Shown here: positions 31,344 to 32,000 of the stretch, one piece after another | Layout: every line of letters begins with the position of its first letter | How positions within the stretch are numbered: position 1 is the stretch's first letter | Source of the DNA: an uncultured Actinomycetes bacterium | Lineage (GTDB): Bacteria; Actinomycetota; Actinomycetes; S36-B12; CAIYMF01 | Reading direction: 5' to 3' | NCBI GenBank assembly: GCA_963843975.1 | Contig: CAWJMG010000001.1 | Coordinates: forward strand, 390,001-422,000 | DNA length: 32,000 bases | Made by a program: the position numbers and the translations under genes | The notes under the pieces: generated by a model | The model's input: the letters and a program-made list of their open reading frames with translations, nothing else | The model's database searches: none | Told to the model about the DNA's origin: nothing

Positions 31344-32000
31344 GCGGAGCCTGCCGCCTTCTTGAGCGGCTCCCACCACGCGCGGTTGTCGCGGTACCAC
31401 TGGACGGTGGCGGCCAGGCCCTCGGCGAACGGCACCTGCGGCGCGTAGCCGAGCTCGGCCGCGATCTTCGCGATGTCGACGGAGTAGCGGCGGTCGTGGC
31501 CCTTGCGGTCCTCGACGGGGACGACGCGGTCCTCGCCGGTGCCGGTGAGCTCCAGCAGCAGGCTCGTGAGGTCGCGGTTGGTCAGCTCGGTGCCGCCGCC
31601 GATGTTGTAGACCTCGCCCGCGCGTCCGCCGGCCAGGGCGAGCGCGATGCCGCGGCAGTGGTCGCCGACGTGCAGCCAGTCCCGCACGTTGAGGCCGTCG
31701 CCGTACAGCGGCACGGTGCCGCCGTCGATCAGGTTGGTGACGAACAGCGGGATGACCTTCTCGGGGAACTGGTACGGCCCGTAGTTGTTCGAGCAGCGCG
31801 TGACGACGACGTCGAGGCCGTGGGTGCGCGCGTAGGCCAGGGCGAGCAGGTCGCTCGAGGCCTTGGATGCGGCGTACGGCGAGTTGGGCGCGAGCGGGTG
31901 CGTCTCGGGCCACGACCCGTGGTCGATCGAGCCGTAGACCTCGTCGGTGGAGACGTGCAGGAACCGGCCGACGCCGAGCTCGTGCGCGGCCGCGAGGAGG
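31340..32000 (-). CDS. rmlB: dTDP-glucose 4,6-dehydratase; N-terminal part lies beyond the window edge
   Basis: My translation upstream of the 124-aa track fragment reads ...FLHVSTDEVYGS...SPYAASKASSDLLALAYARTHGLDVVVTRCSNNYGPYQFPEKVIPLFVTNLIDGGTVPLYGDGLNVRDWLHV... Confidence 0.9.
   Translation of the reverse strand, partial: LLAAAHELGVGRFLHVSTDEVYGSIDHGSWPETHPLAPNSPYAASKASSDLLALAYARTHGLDVVVTRCSNNYGPYQFPEKVIPLFVTNLIDGGTVPLYGDGLNVRDWLHVGDHCRGIALALAGGRAGEVYNIGGGTELTNRDLTSLLLELTGTGEDRVVPVEDRKGHDRRYSVDIAKIAAELGYAPQVPFAEGLAATVQWYRDNRAWWEPLKKAAGSA

Overview
High-GC actinobacterial chromosome segment. Hand counts of single 60-nt lines give about 78% GC at 5041-5100, 63-65% at 18541-18660 and 40% at 1321-1380. 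It is almost fully coding. I can support 29 protein-coding genes: 2 are cut by the window edges, 1 is frameshifted and 1 is a small ORF missing from the ORF track. I saw no rRNA, tRNA, CRISPR array or transposase. The backbone is the conserved actinobacterial whiB / cell-envelope neighbourhood. From memory of M. tuberculosis Rv3257c-Rv3267, that order is pmmA, DUF3499, metallopeptidase-like, whiB2, fbiA, fbiB, GDP-mannose pyrophosphorylase, rmlD, LCP/cpsA. Content left to right: manB (partial), a zinc-ribbon gene, DUF3499, a metallopeptidase-like gene, a DUF5719-like gene, a 1217-aa GT2-membrane fusion, whiB, fbiC, fbiA, fbiB, a TRIC-like channel, scoB/scoA with a MarR gene, and a frameshifted TroA/BtuF-like gene. 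Next comes a small accessory islet (DUF222-HNH gene, an unannotated 54-aa Cys/Trp-rich ORF, DUF4288, a 209-aa hypothetical). After it come an ArsR+SRPBCC pair, a lipoprotein, an AlkA-like glycosylase, manC, a TIGR03089-like gene, a 1552-aa multi-domain peptidoglycan hydrolase, an LCP ligase, rmlD and rmlB (partial). The items most worth a second look are these. (1) The giant amidase + SpoIID + 6xCWB2 fusion sits inside the wall-glycopolymer locus. (2) The uncharacterised, translationally coupled GT2/DUF5719-like/metallopeptidase-like module lies beside whiB. (3) The lower-GC islet has an unannotated Cys-rich micro-ORF, next to a perfect 14-bp inverted repeat and a frameshifted gene. (4) Twin TCAACCA-N2-TGGTTGA operators wrap the ArsR promoter. 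(5) A TANNNT hexamer sits 6-7 nt before the start codon of seven transcription-unit-leading genes (9 nt before an eighth), suggesting leaderless mRNAs. Many very long track ORFs are GC-driven shadow or alternate-frame ORFs and were rejected. All family assignments come from reading motifs by eye; no database search was possible.
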